From the IMG/VR virus record IMGVR_UViG_3300007516_000001: DNA of 64,000 bases; one strand, written 5' to 3'. The notes under the pieces are model-generated. The model saw only the letters and a program-made list of their open reading frames with translations, was not told the origin of the DNA and ran no database searches. This document shows positions 1 to 8,312 of the stretch, piece by piece (the first letter of the stretch is position 1; each line of letters begins with the position of its first letter). The position numbers were made by a program, and so were the translations under genes. This DNA comes from a virus.

Positions 1-1
1 G

Positions 2-268
2 GTACTATCTGAATTATCCGGTGATTGGGTCACTTGTGCTTGTGGGAATCTATGTGACGCTATACCTAGAAGAACCAAAAAAAATGCTGCTGACTGGGGA
101 AGGTCAGGTCTAAAAGGAGAACCCGTAGATTTTAGGTTAGCTCACATGGGTTTGCAATTTTCTTATCAGGTAAGAACTGAACAATATGCTCTTGCCATAA
201 GTACATTACGTGAAATTGAAGAAAGGGCAGTAGAGATATTAGAACAGATGGAAGGTACACTCGAATAA
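2..268 (+). CDS. Cys-motif family protein, copy 0 (5' end cut by window edge)
   Basis: Frame is open from the window edge to TAA at 266-268. Carries the WVTCACGNLCDAIPRR core and IEERAVEIL tail shared with five downstream paralogues. Confidence 0.8.
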   Translation, partial: VLSELSGDWVTCACGNLCDAIPRRTKKNAADWGRSGLKGEPVDFRLAHMGLQFSYQVRTEQYALAISTLREIEERAVEILEQMEGTLE

Positions 269-278
269 TTAATATATA

Positions 279-330
279 GGGTATGATAGAAATGTCATAC
301 CCTTTTCTTAGATTTGTTCTGTTAATCAAT
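279..330 (+). promoter_or_regulatory. Stem-loop plus promoter cassette, copy 1
   Basis: Hairpin gggtatga/tcataccc (279-302) followed by a T-run. TAgaTTTG -7-like box at 309-316. Conserved TTTGTTCTGTTAATCAAT at 313-330. ATG at 344. Confidence 0.7.
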
Positions 331-343
331 AAAGACTAAAAAT

Positions 344-742
344 ATGAATAAGCCCTTCAACATTCACAAAGAGAACCACTTTAATTGGTTCAGAGCTTTA
401 AAACTTCAAGAGGCTAGACAAAGATATCTTTACCAAAAAAAGCCTGATGCAGCAAGTGAACCTAGTACGTTTTATAAGGAAACTAAGGTAAGATACATAG
501 ATGCCTACTTTGAATTAAAAAAGATATCCTCATCATGGACTACTTGTGCTTGTGGAAATCTCTGCGATGCTATACCTAGAGCAGAGGGTAAACCCTTGGA
601 CGATATATTAGCTAATGAGGGCCAACAATTTTATACGTGCGTGGGTAACGAAGATTACCCCGAAGCTTTAAAAGCCCTATATAGAGTCGAAGAGAGGGCA
701 ATTCAGGTACTAACAGAAATGGGGGTAATCAATGTGGGGTAG
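344..742 (+). CDS. Cys-motif family protein, copy 1
   Basis: 132 aa ORF with IHKENHFNWFRAL, WTTCACGNLCDAIPR and VEERAIQVL motifs. Preceded by cassette 1. Confidence 0.85.
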   Translation: MNKPFNIHKENHFNWFRALKLQEARQRYLYQKKPDAASEPSTFYKETKVRYIDAYFELKKISSSWTTCACGNLCDAIPRAEGKPLDDILANEGQQFYTCVGNEDYPEALKALYRVEERAIQVLTEMGVINVG

Positions 743-1328
743 TAGACATTTAGAAATAGACCGGGTAATCTTTAGAAACCTGTGCATCCAACTTAAGGGG
801 TATACAGATTGTGAGGAATTGGGCCTTGCATCAAGAGAGGATGGTATATTAGGAGTTTCTTTACTTACTATACCTGCTAAATATGTATACCCCTTTCTAT
901 CCTATTGTGGGGATGAAATGTCAGAGGATGATAGACCCCGGGGTTATGGAGATTTTGAAACCTATAATTCTGATATAATTATAAAGTTCTTTCAATGGGC
1001 CCTTACACAGAGAAGAAGGATGGTATCTGTTGAAATGGAACTGAACCACTTTTACTGGCTATTCCATGATTTGTACCATGCCACTCATCATGTTTCGAGT
1101 TGCTTTCTTAATGTTGGGCCTAATAGTGAATTTGAAACCTATACTGCTACATTCGATTTAGCAAAAGAAGCCGGACCTGAATACTATGAACTCTGTTTAC
1201 TTACCGAAGATGAATCACGAGAATTAGTAGATGCCTTCAATACCCGATTTGCAAGTCGATGCGATAAAATGCCCTATTATATATTTGACCCCTACTTAAA
1301 AAAAGAAGAGCTCGAAATTGAAGATTAG
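732..1328 (+). CDS. hypothetical protein
   Basis: 198 aa ORF whose start overlaps the upstream stop. His-rich HDLYHATHH segment. No family recognised. Confidence 0.65.
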   Translation: MWGSRHLEIDRVIFRNLCIQLKGYTDCEELGLASREDGILGVSLLTIPAKYVYPFLSYCGDEMSEDDRPRGYGDFETYNSDIIIKFFQWALTQRRRMVSVEMELNHFYWLFHDLYHATHHVSSCFLNVGPNSEFETYTATFDLAKEAGPEYYELCLLTEDESRELVDAFNTRFASRCDKMPYYIFDPYLKKEELEIED

Positions 1329-1340
1329 GATATTAAGTAC

Positions 1341-1370
1341 CCTTTACGTATATTTGTTCTGTTAATCAAT
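1341..1370 (+). promoter_or_regulatory. Promoter cassette, copy 2 (hairpin half only)
   Basis: gtaccctttacgTATATTTGTTCTGTTAATCAAT, with the TAtaTTTG box at 1349-1356. ATG at 1384. Confidence 0.6.
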
Positions 1371-1383
1371 TAAACATAAAGAT

Positions 1384-1716
1384 ATGAAAAGTGCCGATGA
1401 AGTTAATGCAATGGTTGAAACCCTCTTAGAAAACATGGACTTTGAGAAGATTCATGCCTTAATGGTTGTGAACAAATGGACATGGAGTACTTATGATTAT
1501 CAAACTAAGGTTCATGAAAATCAAGTTCCAACACTTGAGGCTCTCAAAATTACTGCTCGAACCCTTATCGTTAGAATGTTAGGAGAACCAATAGGAAGCA
1601 GTATCGGTACAGGGGGCTTCAATGTTTCTGTCCTACGTATGCAAAATTCTGTACCTGACCATTTTTACCGACTTAGCTTTGATTGGGCTTCAGCCCAGGC
1701 TTCATACCATCAATAA
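1384..1716 (+). CDS. hypothetical protein
   Basis: 110 aa ORF directly downstream of cassette 2. Confidence 0.7.
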   Translation: MKSADEVNAMVETLLENMDFEKIHALMVVNKWTWSTYDYQTKVHENQVPTLEALKITARTLIVRMLGEPIGSSIGTGGFNVSVLRMQNSVPDHFYRLSFDWASAQASYHQ

Positions 1717-1717
1717 C

Positions 1718-2038
1718 ATGGGTTGCATACTTAAAACAGTTCTATTGATAGTGGGTATCTTTTTAGTGGGGGTTATGCTTTTAGAAGATAATCCCAAAAC
1801 ACCACCAGGCCCTACTCCCTATTCTTATGATTATGTCAATGCCAGAGAAATATGGCCCCAAGATACATTCCATCTGATGCAACACCCATACAGGTCAAAT
1901 CAATGGGTAACTAAGGAAGAGGGTAGAATAATTAAGGAAAGCAGAACATATCGAGCAAATACTAAAAAACCTGATACCTCAGGACAAGCATTAGAATCCC
2001 ATGTCGAAGATATCGTAGATGGGTTATTAGACCACTAA
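1718..2038 (+). CDS. hypothetical small membrane protein
   Basis: ATG at 1718, immediately after the upstream TAA (taacATG). N-terminal hydrophobic helix ILKTVLLIVGIFLVGVMLL. The track ORF start at 1622 overlaps the upstream gene and is unlikely. Confidence 0.6.
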   Translation: MGCILKTVLLIVGIFLVGVMLLEDNPKTPPGPTPYSYDYVNAREIWPQDTFHLMQHPYRSNQWVTKEEGRIIKESRTYRANTKKPDTSGQALESHVEDIVDGLLDH

Positions 2039-2048
2039 AACAAATACC

Positions 2049-2471
2049 ATGAATATTCACAAAGAGAACCCCTTTGATTGGTTCAAAGCCCTAGAAGAAC
2101 AACAAAAGTTATTGCTTGAATTAGATGCGTACCTAGAATCTCCAAGTCAAGACCCGATAATACAAATGGAGATGGATATAAACAACCTTATATACCAGAA
2201 AGAAAAACGCAAGTTAAAAGACTTAGCCAGTAATTGGGTCACTTGTGCTTGTGGGAATCTTTGCGATGTTATACCTAGAAGAGATGACAATTCGGTCAGA
2301 GAGCCTGCTGATGCTATTCTTTCTTCACAGGGGCTAATATTTTCAATAGCCATAGGAGATTCAAATTGGACGTTAGCAATAGAGTCTTTAAAACTAATTG
2401 AAGCCCGAGCAATACAGGTATTAGAAGAATTGTATCCCGATGCAAAGTTTCACCAATACCCAAAAGATTAA
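2049..2471 (+). CDS. Cys-motif family protein, copy 2
   Basis: 140 aa ORF with MNIHKENPFDWFKALEEQ, WVTCACGNLCDVIPRR and IEARAIQVLEE. Confidence 0.85.
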   Translation: MNIHKENPFDWFKALEEQQKLLLELDAYLESPSQDPIIQMEMDINNLIYQKEKRKLKDLASNWVTCACGNLCDVIPRRDDNSVREPADAILSSQGLIFSIAIGDSNWTLAIESLKLIEARAIQVLEELYPDAKFHQYPKD

Positions 2472-2477
2472 TATATA

Positions 2478-2529
2478 GGGTATGATTGATTAGTCATACC
2501 CTTTTCTTATATTTGTTCTGTTAATCAAT
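2478..2529 (+). promoter_or_regulatory. Stem-loop plus promoter cassette, copy 3
   Basis: Hairpin at 2478-2501, T-run, then TAtaTTTGTTCTGTTAATCAAT (2512-2529). ATG at 2543. Confidence 0.7.
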
Positions 2530-2542
2530 TAAACATAAACAA

Positions 2543-2935
2543 ATGAATATTCACAAAGAGAACCCCTTTGATTGGTTCAAAGCCCTAGAAGAACAAAGAA
2601 AGTTATCACTTGAATTAGAGGCCTTTTACGCATTACCCCCCAATCAAGACGTGGAAATAAACATGGATATGGGTATAAAAGACCAGATATACAAGAAAGA
2701 AAAACGTAACTTAAATATCCTAGCAGGGGGTTGGGTTACTTGTGCTTGTGGAAATCTATGTGACGCTATACCTAGATTAGATGACCAACTCCATGAGCCC
2801 GCAGACCAAATACTTTCTACGATAGGAGTCCTATTTTCAAAAGCCATAGGAAATTCAGATTGGAAGTTAGCAATAAAATACTTACATGAAATTGAAGCCC
2901 GAGCAGTAGAGTTATTAGAAGAGATTAACCGATAA
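2543..2935 (+). CDS. Cys-motif family protein, copy 3
   Basis: 130 aa ORF. The N-terminus is nearly identical to copy 2. Carries WVTCACGNLCDAIPR. Confidence 0.85.
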   Translation: MNIHKENPFDWFKALEEQRKLSLELEAFYALPPNQDVEINMDMGIKDQIYKKEKRNLNILAGGWVTCACGNLCDAIPRLDDQLHEPADQILSTIGVLFSKAIGNSDWKLAIKYLHEIEARAVELLEEINR

Positions 2936-2944
2936 CCTGAAAAA

Positions 2945-3694
2945 ATGAACCAAGATACTGAAGTACCTAAGAACATCATAGAAAAGCTGGAGAAGCTAAT
3001 GGCCCTAGAAGAAAGGGGTGGCACGATGGAAGAATCTATTAATGCCTCTACTCGAATACAGGAGATACTCCGAAAGTATAACCTCGACAGGTCTGATATT
3101 AATGCCAATAAGGAAGATGCCGGGGCCACTAAATTCAGTGGGGTATTCAATGACCTCTTTAAAAAGAATGAGGGTGATTTCTATGTAGTACTCCTTAATA
3201 ACATTGCAGAGATTAATGGGTTAGTATTGATAGCAGTCAGGAAAGAAGGACTGGCAATTAACCTGGGGGGTTATCGAATATATGGCAAAAAACATCAGAT
3301 AGAGATATGCCTGTTCTTCACAGACCAGCTTGCCACTAAAATTCGCATACTTGAAAATCGAGCATGGAATGAATACCGGGGAGATACTAAGAGGGGGCAA
3401 TATAGACGGAGTTTCTATAAAGGGGCTAGCAATGCTATTCTGTCTAAATTACGTCAGGCAGCTGAAATCTCAGAGAATAAAACTCCGGAGTATGGATTGA
3501 TGAGGGTGTCTGACTTAGACCAAGCAAGAGCCATTTGTAAACTGGACTTAGCAGGTGAAGATAGATTAAAAAGTGGCAAACAATCAAAAGCGGGTTCACA
3601 AGATGGATTCCACACAGGCATACAAGCAGGTTCACGAATGGACTTAAATAAGGGAGTTGGAAATAACCCGTCAAGTTCAAGACTACTAAATTAG
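2945..3694 (+). CDS. hypothetical protein with a DUF2786-like N-terminal helix motif
   Basis: 249 aa ORF. The N-terminal IEKLEKLMALEERGGTMEESINASTRIQEILRKYNL resembles the DUF2786 pattern common in phage and plasmid proteins. This is recognition by eye only. Confidence 0.45.
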   Translation: MNQDTEVPKNIIEKLEKLMALEERGGTMEESINASTRIQEILRKYNLDRSDINANKEDAGATKFSGVFNDLFKKNEGDFYVVLLNNIAEINGLVLIAVRKEGLAINLGGYRIYGKKHQIEICLFFTDQLATKIRILENRAWNEYRGDTKRGQYRRSFYKGASNAILSKLRQAAEISENKTPEYGLMRVSDLDQARAICKLDLAGEDRLKSGKQSKAGSQDGFHTGIQAGSRMDLNKGVGNNPSSSRLLN

Positions 3695-3695
3695 T

Positions 3696-3941
3696 ATGCG
3701 AAGTATTACCCAGGAGTTGTTGGAGTTAAATAAAGAAATGGATGCCCTTTACGTCCGATATGAAGCGCTGATTTACGTTATTGAACACCAACACTCCTTA
3801 GGTATATTCGACATCTCAAAGGAGTTTGCAGAAGCTGAGCAATTAGGCCATCTGATTAATGCCCTACACGAAATTCAAAGCTCTTGGATAAGAATACAAA
3901 TCATAAAGACTAAAACCATGAATACCTTTGGCTTAAATTAA
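3696..3941 (+). CDS. hypothetical protein
   Basis: 81 aa ORF tightly coupled to the upstream stop. Confidence 0.6.
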   Translation: MRSITQELLELNKEMDALYVRYEALIYVIEHQHSLGIFDISKEFAEAEQLGHLINALHEIQSSWIRIQIIKTKTMNTFGLN

Positions 3942-3946
3942 AGTCT

Positions 3947-4015
3947 TGCTCAGAGCAATTATCTTTTTATAAACATAGACTTACATATCTTTAGAAGAGA
4001 TAATTGCTCAGAGCA
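3947..4015. repeat. 18-bp inverted repeat with a TGCTCAGAGCA palindromic core
   Basis: tgctcagagcaattatct (3947-3964) and agataattgctcagagca (3998-4015), with one mismatch at the palindrome centre and a 33-nt spacer. Confidence 0.7.
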
Positions 4016-4097
4016 TCTTATTTGATGCCTATTTGAGAACTTCTATGATTCTTCTATATATAGATATGTAGAATAGGACCCGAAATAATAATATGTA

Positions 4098-4148
4098 GGG
4101 TATTTGCATATGTCATAACCTTGATATATATTTGTCTTGTTAATTCAT
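4098..4148 (+). promoter_or_regulatory. Degenerate stem-loop plus promoter cassette, copy 4
   Basis: gggtatttgcatatgtcataacc followed by TAtaTTTGTCTTGTTAATTCAT (4131-4148). A diverged version of the consensus cassette. Confidence 0.5.
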
Positions 4149-4169
4149 TATTCACTTAATACTTCTCGC

Positions 4170-4661
4170 ATGAAGAAATCAGAAAGGTTAGCTCTCGCCC
4201 AAATGGAAGCGTTGATAAAGACCCCTAAAAAGGTCAAGAATAATTCCAATGTTCAAGAGAAATTGGAAGAGGCCACTAAGGACTTAGTAAGAAAGAAAGT
4301 CAAAAAGAAAGTGGCAAAGAAAGTTGAACCGGAAGAAAAAAAGCCTAAATCCGATAAGAGGGTTAGAATTTTCCGTAATCTTGATTATGATAATGCCACT
4401 CGATTGGAGGCTAAAAAGCATCGTGACCAAGTTCGTCTTAAGGTCTTCAAGATTGTTGGACCCTATGCTGCAAAGCGTAGAGCAAATGCCCTTAAGAAGG
4501 ATGCAAGAAATGTAGCCTTTGAAAGTTTCAAAGAGTTATATACCCAAGAATACCTACTATCATTGGATAGAGTAGATGAGGTATTCAGAGGAGGCAATGA
4601 CAACATGAATGATATGGGTTTGTTCTTAGTTGACTTCAAAGCGTACCTGGGCCAGAAATAG
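4170..4661 (+). CDS. Lys-rich hypothetical protein (paralogue of 13302-13694)
   Basis: ATG at 4170 (MKKSERL). The track start at 4137 is non-ATG and lies inside the promoter cassette. The C-terminal FESFKELYTQEYLLSLDRVDEVFRGG...FKAYL matches the C-terminus of the 13302 ORF. Confidence 0.7.
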   Translation: MKKSERLALAQMEALIKTPKKVKNNSNVQEKLEEATKDLVRKKVKKKVAKKVEPEEKKPKSDKRVRIFRNLDYDNATRLEAKKHRDQVRLKVFKIVGPYAAKRRANALKKDARNVAFESFKELYTQEYLLSLDRVDEVFRGGNDNMNDMGLFLVDFKAYLGQK

Positions 4662-4685
4662 TCCAACCCATCAGATTAATGTTTA

Positions 4686-4737
4686 GGGTATGATAGAAAT
4701 GTCATGCCCTTTTCTTATGTTTGTTCTGTTAATCAAT
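4686..4737 (+). promoter_or_regulatory. Stem-loop plus promoter cassette, copy 5
   Basis: Hairpin at 4686-4709 with one G-U pair. TAtgTTTGTTCTGTTAATCAAT at 4720-4737. ATG at 4753. Confidence 0.7.
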
Positions 4738-4752
4738 TAGAACTAAAAGACA

Positions 4753-5037
4753 ATGAGCAAAACAAAACCCGAATCTGTCAAGGCCTTGATTCTTAGACTT
4801 GATAGCCAGAAAAGAAAAACCGAGGATTCAAAGGAAATTACGGAAATTCAAGGCCTCATCAATCAACTTGAAGCCCGACCCAGCAAGAGATGGGCCTACG
4901 GAGAAATATCTACCATAGCTAATGGCTATATATTGAACAAGGATTTAGTTGGCTTACGTAGGTTTCTTACCTCTTGCAAGAACCATCGCGTAGCATACCC
5001 TACCCTAATGGATAAACTCTTAAAAAACCAAAAATGA
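4753..5037 (+). CDS. hypothetical protein
   Basis: 94 aa ORF downstream of cassette 5. Confidence 0.7.
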   Translation: MSKTKPESVKALILRLDSQKRKTEDSKEITEIQGLINQLEARPSKRWAYGEISTIANGYILNKDLVGLRRFLTSCKNHRVAYPTLMDKLLKNQK

Positions 5038-5336
5038 ACTATCAATTCTCAATCAAGAATGCCCAACACTTATTAATACTTACTTGGATTGCCCTGCATT
5101 CTACTCAAGAATTGCAAGACTCTCATCATGGTATCGAGATAGATGATATCGTTGAAGTTCTTTTGGAACCCAACCCCGAAAAGGAAGATGAAATGAAAGT
5201 GACCCGAACCATCCATGCACAATTCAATGGAGCCTATGCAGAGCCCGGTAAGATGACTACCTTTGTAGAAGAGGCAATGCAATTCATTTCTGATTATGGG
5301 CTCAAATTAACCCTATCAACATCAGGGTTCTTTTGA
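5034..5336 (+). CDS. hypothetical protein
   Basis: 100 aa ORF with an ATGA start/stop overlap with the upstream gene. Confidence 0.65.
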   Translation: MNYQFSIKNAQHLLILTWIALHSTQELQDSHHGIEIDDIVEVLLEPNPEKEDEMKVTRTIHAQFNGAYAEPGKMTTFVEEAMQFISDYGLKLTLSTSGFF

Positions 5337-5355
5337 CTCAAAATATTAATATAGG

Positions 5356-5407
5356 GGGTATGATAGAAATGTCATACCCTTTTATTATATTTGTTCTGTT
5401 AATCAAT
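5356..5407 (+). promoter_or_regulatory. Stem-loop plus promoter cassette, copy 6
   Basis: Hairpin at 5356-5379. TAtaTTTGTTCTGTTAATCAAT at 5390-5407. ATG at 5421. Confidence 0.7.
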
Positions 5408-5420
5408 TAATCATAAACAA

Positions 5421-5819
5421 ATGAATATTCACAAAGAGAACCACTTCGACTGGTTCAAGGCTTTAAGAACTCAGAAAGTATTGGAGTTACTTAAAGAGAG
5501 ATATTATAATCAGAGCATTGACGGAATATATGAGGGCCCTTCTCAGATAGCCCGATGGATTCTTCTATATGATGCAAATGCCATAGATTTAGCATATCTT
5601 GCTAGTGACTGGCCCACCTGTGCTTGTGGGAATCTATGTGACGCTATACCTAGAAGAGACGGCCAACTCCATGAGCCCGCAGACCTCAGATTAAGAGGGC
5701 TGGGGTCCTCGTTTTATTACGCAGTAGAGTCAGAAGATTGGAATCAGGCTACGGACTTATTGCAGAAGATTGAGGCCCGGTCAGTAGAATTACTAAAAGA
5801 GATATACTCAAAAAAATAA
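5421..5819 (+). CDS. Cys-motif family protein, copy 4
   Basis: 132 aa ORF with MNIHKENHFDWFKAL, WPTCACGNLCDAIPRR and IEARSVELLKE. Confidence 0.85.
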   Translation: MNIHKENHFDWFKALRTQKVLELLKERYYNQSIDGIYEGPSQIARWILLYDANAIDLAYLASDWPTCACGNLCDAIPRRDGQLHEPADLRLRGLGSSFYYAVESEDWNQATDLLQKIEARSVELLKEIYSKK

Positions 5820-5823
5820 ACCC

Positions 5824-6273
5824 ATGTATACTCCGATAAAATTACACAGAGAAGCAGACTTTGACTGGTTCAAAATCTTAGAGAAGCAGGTACTGTTAAA
5901 GGCCGTTTTCCATAGATATTATGACAACGATAACATTCCAGAGCGCATGAAGGATAAAATACTTGAATATAGGAGCCTCTATATGAAACTCAGGAGTGAT
6001 TTGAAGATTAAATCAGGTAATTGGGTTACTTGTGCTTGTGGAAGTCTATGCAATGTTATACCTAACAGATATGGTGTAAAATCAGAAGGCCCCTTAGATG
6101 AAAGATTATACCAACTGGGCAGTCTTTTTCATAGGAATGTATCTGATGAGGAATGGAATGAGGCCATGTGGACTTTAGAAGCAATTGAAATCAGAGCAAT
6201 GGAGTTAATATCTGCAATCTATCCTGGCAGAACTATCCTAAATAACCACGAAAATAAATATGTAGGGGTATGA
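5824..6273 (+). CDS. Cys-motif family protein, copy 5 (most diverged)
   Basis: 149 aa ORF with HREADFDWFKIL, WVTCACGSLCNVIPNR and IEIRAMELI. Its stop codon lies inside the cassette 7 hairpin. Confidence 0.8.
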   Translation: MYTPIKLHREADFDWFKILEKQVLLKAVFHRYYDNDNIPERMKDKILEYRSLYMKLRSDLKIKSGNWVTCACGSLCNVIPNRYGVKSEGPLDERLYQLGSLFHRNVSDEEWNEAMWTLEAIEIRAMELISAIYPGRTILNNHENKYVGV

Positions 6274-6317
6274 TTGGAATGTCATACCCTTTTCTTATAT
6301 TTGTTCTGTTAATCAAT
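6266..6317 (+). promoter_or_regulatory. Stem-loop plus promoter cassette, copy 7
   Basis: Hairpin at 6266-6289. TAtaTTTGTTCTGTTAATCAAT at 6300-6317. ATG at 6326. Confidence 0.7.
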
Positions 6318-6325
6318 TAAACAAT

Positions 6326-6574
6326 ATGAAATATATACTGAGCATTTGCATACTATCAAACGTCGCATTCAGAACAATGAATCATCCGATGCCCCAAGAA
6401 AGAATCTACCATAAGGGAGAAATTCTTGCACCGGATTATGTTTCAACTGAATACAGAGTTATTAACAATGCAAAAGGCATGAATGAAGAAATGCCTTATG
6501 CCTTTACCGATAGTGAAATTAATGATGTGCTAAAGAAGTACACCACAGAACTAACTTCTAAACCCATAAACTAA
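6326..6574 (+). CDS. hypothetical protein
   Basis: 82 aa ORF downstream of cassette 7. Confidence 0.65.
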   Translation: MKYILSICILSNVAFRTMNHPMPQERIYHKGEILAPDYVSTEYRVINNAKGMNEEMPYAFTDSEINDVLKKYTTELTSKPIN

Positions 6575-7251
6575 TGAATCAACTAGCAAAAATCCTTAAC
6601 GAAGTTCTTACCCTAGAACAGGTTCTTGAGGTACTCCAAAAAGAGTTTAAAGACATACCTAAAATAGGTATCTATTCAGGTACAGAGGCCAATAGGCTCT
6701 ATAAACATCACGAAGATGAAGATGATTTCGTAGTAGATAAGGAGTATGAAGATACCACTCTCTATGCTTGCCAGAACTTTGCCTATATTGATGGAACCGA
6801 TGAAGAATATTTGGATGGAGCCTATTTCATTAACTTTAATGATGATTTAGTGCTAGAACTTACACCATCGACACCACCAACACTGGAATCAAGAATATTG
6901 GGCATTGAAGCAATAATAAAGAAACTACACGGGTTTGCAATTAGTCACCTACCTGTAAAAGAATCAGCAAGAAATAACTCTAAGTTCTGCAAGGAGGTTT
7001 TAAATGAATTGATTACTTACTCACCCCTTGAGCAACAGGTAATATTGGAACAATGGAAATTAGCCTCCATCCAAAACCGACATGAAAGAATTGAACTCAT
7101 GAAGCAAGATATTGCCCATAAGCAGAAGATGATAAAAACTATGGTAGAACAAATTGAGGGTATTCGATGGACCCTCAATAATGAGGTTAGATGGGCCGAT
7201 GACAATCCGAATTTCAAGGATGATGAGAATGATGAGGGCTCAAAAGATTAA
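6574..7251 (+). CDS. hypothetical acidic protein
   Basis: 225 aa ORF with its start adjacent to the upstream stop. Confidence 0.7.
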   Translation: MNQLAKILNEVLTLEQVLEVLQKEFKDIPKIGIYSGTEANRLYKHHEDEDDFVVDKEYEDTTLYACQNFAYIDGTDEEYLDGAYFINFNDDLVLELTPSTPPTLESRILGIEAIIKKLHGFAISHLPVKESARNNSKFCKEVLNELITYSPLEQQVILEQWKLASIQNRHERIELMKQDIAHKQKMIKTMVEQIEGIRWTLNNEVRWADDNPNFKDDENDEGSKD

Positions 7252-7501
7252 GACCGTGACTAAACTAGCCCTCAAAAATAAGGAACACGCGAAGAACATC
7301 GTAACCTTTGAGACCCTACCTCTTAGGCTCCATAACAATGCCACTCTTATTGCACCCTACCGAAAGAAAGCAGAAGAATCCTTGGCACATATAAATGCTT
7401 TGGAGCCTATTAGGAAAAAGAAGTGGTTGAAGCGTATTAGAAAAAGAATCAAGGCCCATTATTATCCATTAGCAATTCTAAAACCTAAGTCTTATCTTTG
7501 A
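7220..7501 (+). CDS. hypothetical basic protein
   Basis: In-frame ATGs at 7220, 7223, 7229 and 7232 near the upstream stop at 7251. Arg/Lys-rich (KKKWLKRIRKRIKAH). The track start at 7154 would overlap by about 100 nt. The true start is uncertain. Confidence 0.45.
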   Translation: MMRMMRAQKIKTVTKLALKNKEHAKNIVTFETLPLRLHNNATLIAPYRKKAEESLAHINALEPIRKKKWLKRIRKRIKAHYYPLAILKPKSYL

Positions 7502-7526
7502 TTAAACAAATAAAAACTATTCACAA

Positions 7527-8285
7527 ATGAGAAATGTAAGAGCAATACCCGAATACATTCCGGCAAAAGAACTAAAGAATTTCAAACTTGCCCAATATGA
7601 ACTTTATCCTGACCTTGAAGAAGGGGGTGAAGAAGGAGGTTATTATACCCGTAGAAGTGGTAATGAAAGTTATTGGGGTTTAGATTATCATGAGCCCTTA
7701 GATTGTTTCTGTCTTATGGTTTTGGATTATGATATGTTGAGTCCAGGCCAACAAAGGAACTTTGAACTATTCAGAATCAATGCCCAAAAACAATTGAAAT
7801 ACCCGATTATTGTGTCTATGATAGAGAGCCTAGAAGAAGATGCTAGATATCTCGGCATAGATACAGGTTTCATCAGAGGTTATGCAAGAACATTAATGTC
7901 AGACCCGAATTTTAGCACCCTAAAGTTTTCACCCAAAGAAAAGCCCTCTGATAGACTGTGTAAATTAATGTTATATGCTAGCCTCATAGAGGCAATTATA
8001 AGAATTGGGCACGTAGAAAATACCGATGATTGGAACCCATATTTAAGAATCAAAACCGATGATGGACATTCAATAGAAACTCCTATCGGGTTCACAAGCA
8101 TCGAATATGTTAGTGAAGGAAAATTGGCTCCCATAAGAGAATATGATGGCCCTGAGAGTATGATACCCAAAGACTTTAGTCTTAAGATGGTAATAGAAGA
8201 ACAATACCTTGATAAGAAACTACCTCGAGCGTATTTATCCATAGAACTAATAAAGATAGTCGAAATTAAACTTCATGCTTGCTAG
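7527..8285 (+). CDS. hypothetical protein (N-terminal domain paralogous to 11820-12098)
   Basis: 252 aa ORF. ESYWGLDYHEPLDCFCLM matches DSYWGFDYDEKDDVYCFM of the 11820 ORF. Preceded by the AACTATTCAC leader at 7515-7524. Confidence 0.75.
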   Translation: MRNVRAIPEYIPAKELKNFKLAQYELYPDLEEGGEEGGYYTRRSGNESYWGLDYHEPLDCFCLMVLDYDMLSPGQQRNFELFRINAQKQLKYPIIVSMIESLEEDARYLGIDTGFIRGYARTLMSDPNFSTLKFSPKEKPSDRLCKLMLYASLIEAIIRIGHVENTDDWNPYLRIKTDDGHSIETPIGFTSIEYVSEGKLAPIREYDGPESMIPKDFSLKMVIEEQYLDKKLPRAYLSIELIKIVEIKLHAC

Positions 8286-8312
8286 ATAACCCCAAATATT
8301 AATCATAAAGAT

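Noticed and set aside
132-329. Minus-strand ORFs 132-329 and 9496-9696, both beginning MINRTN(L/I)RKGYDISIIP
   Set aside because: Their similarity comes from translating the reverse complement of the repeated promoter/hairpin cassette. They lie antisense to well-supported + strand genes and are repeat artefacts.
2644-3150. 168-aa minus-strand ORF
   Set aside because: It is antisense to two + strand genes with family support, has low-complexity Ser/Ile-rich content, and has no upstream signals.
4324-4515. Same-strand alternative-frame ORFs (4324-4515, 11404-11601, 41753-41953, 45099-45299, 54573-54770, 60507-60740)
   Set aside because: They are nested entirely within longer, better-supported ORFs. 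They show no start-proximal leader motif and no sign of conservation.
2-6273. Possibility that the variable and conserved segments of the Cys-motif family reflect a diversity-generating retroelement
   Set aside because: There is no reverse transcriptase, no template/variable repeat pair, and no adenine-specific substitution pattern in the window. Divergence looks like ordinary paralogue drift plus gene conversion.
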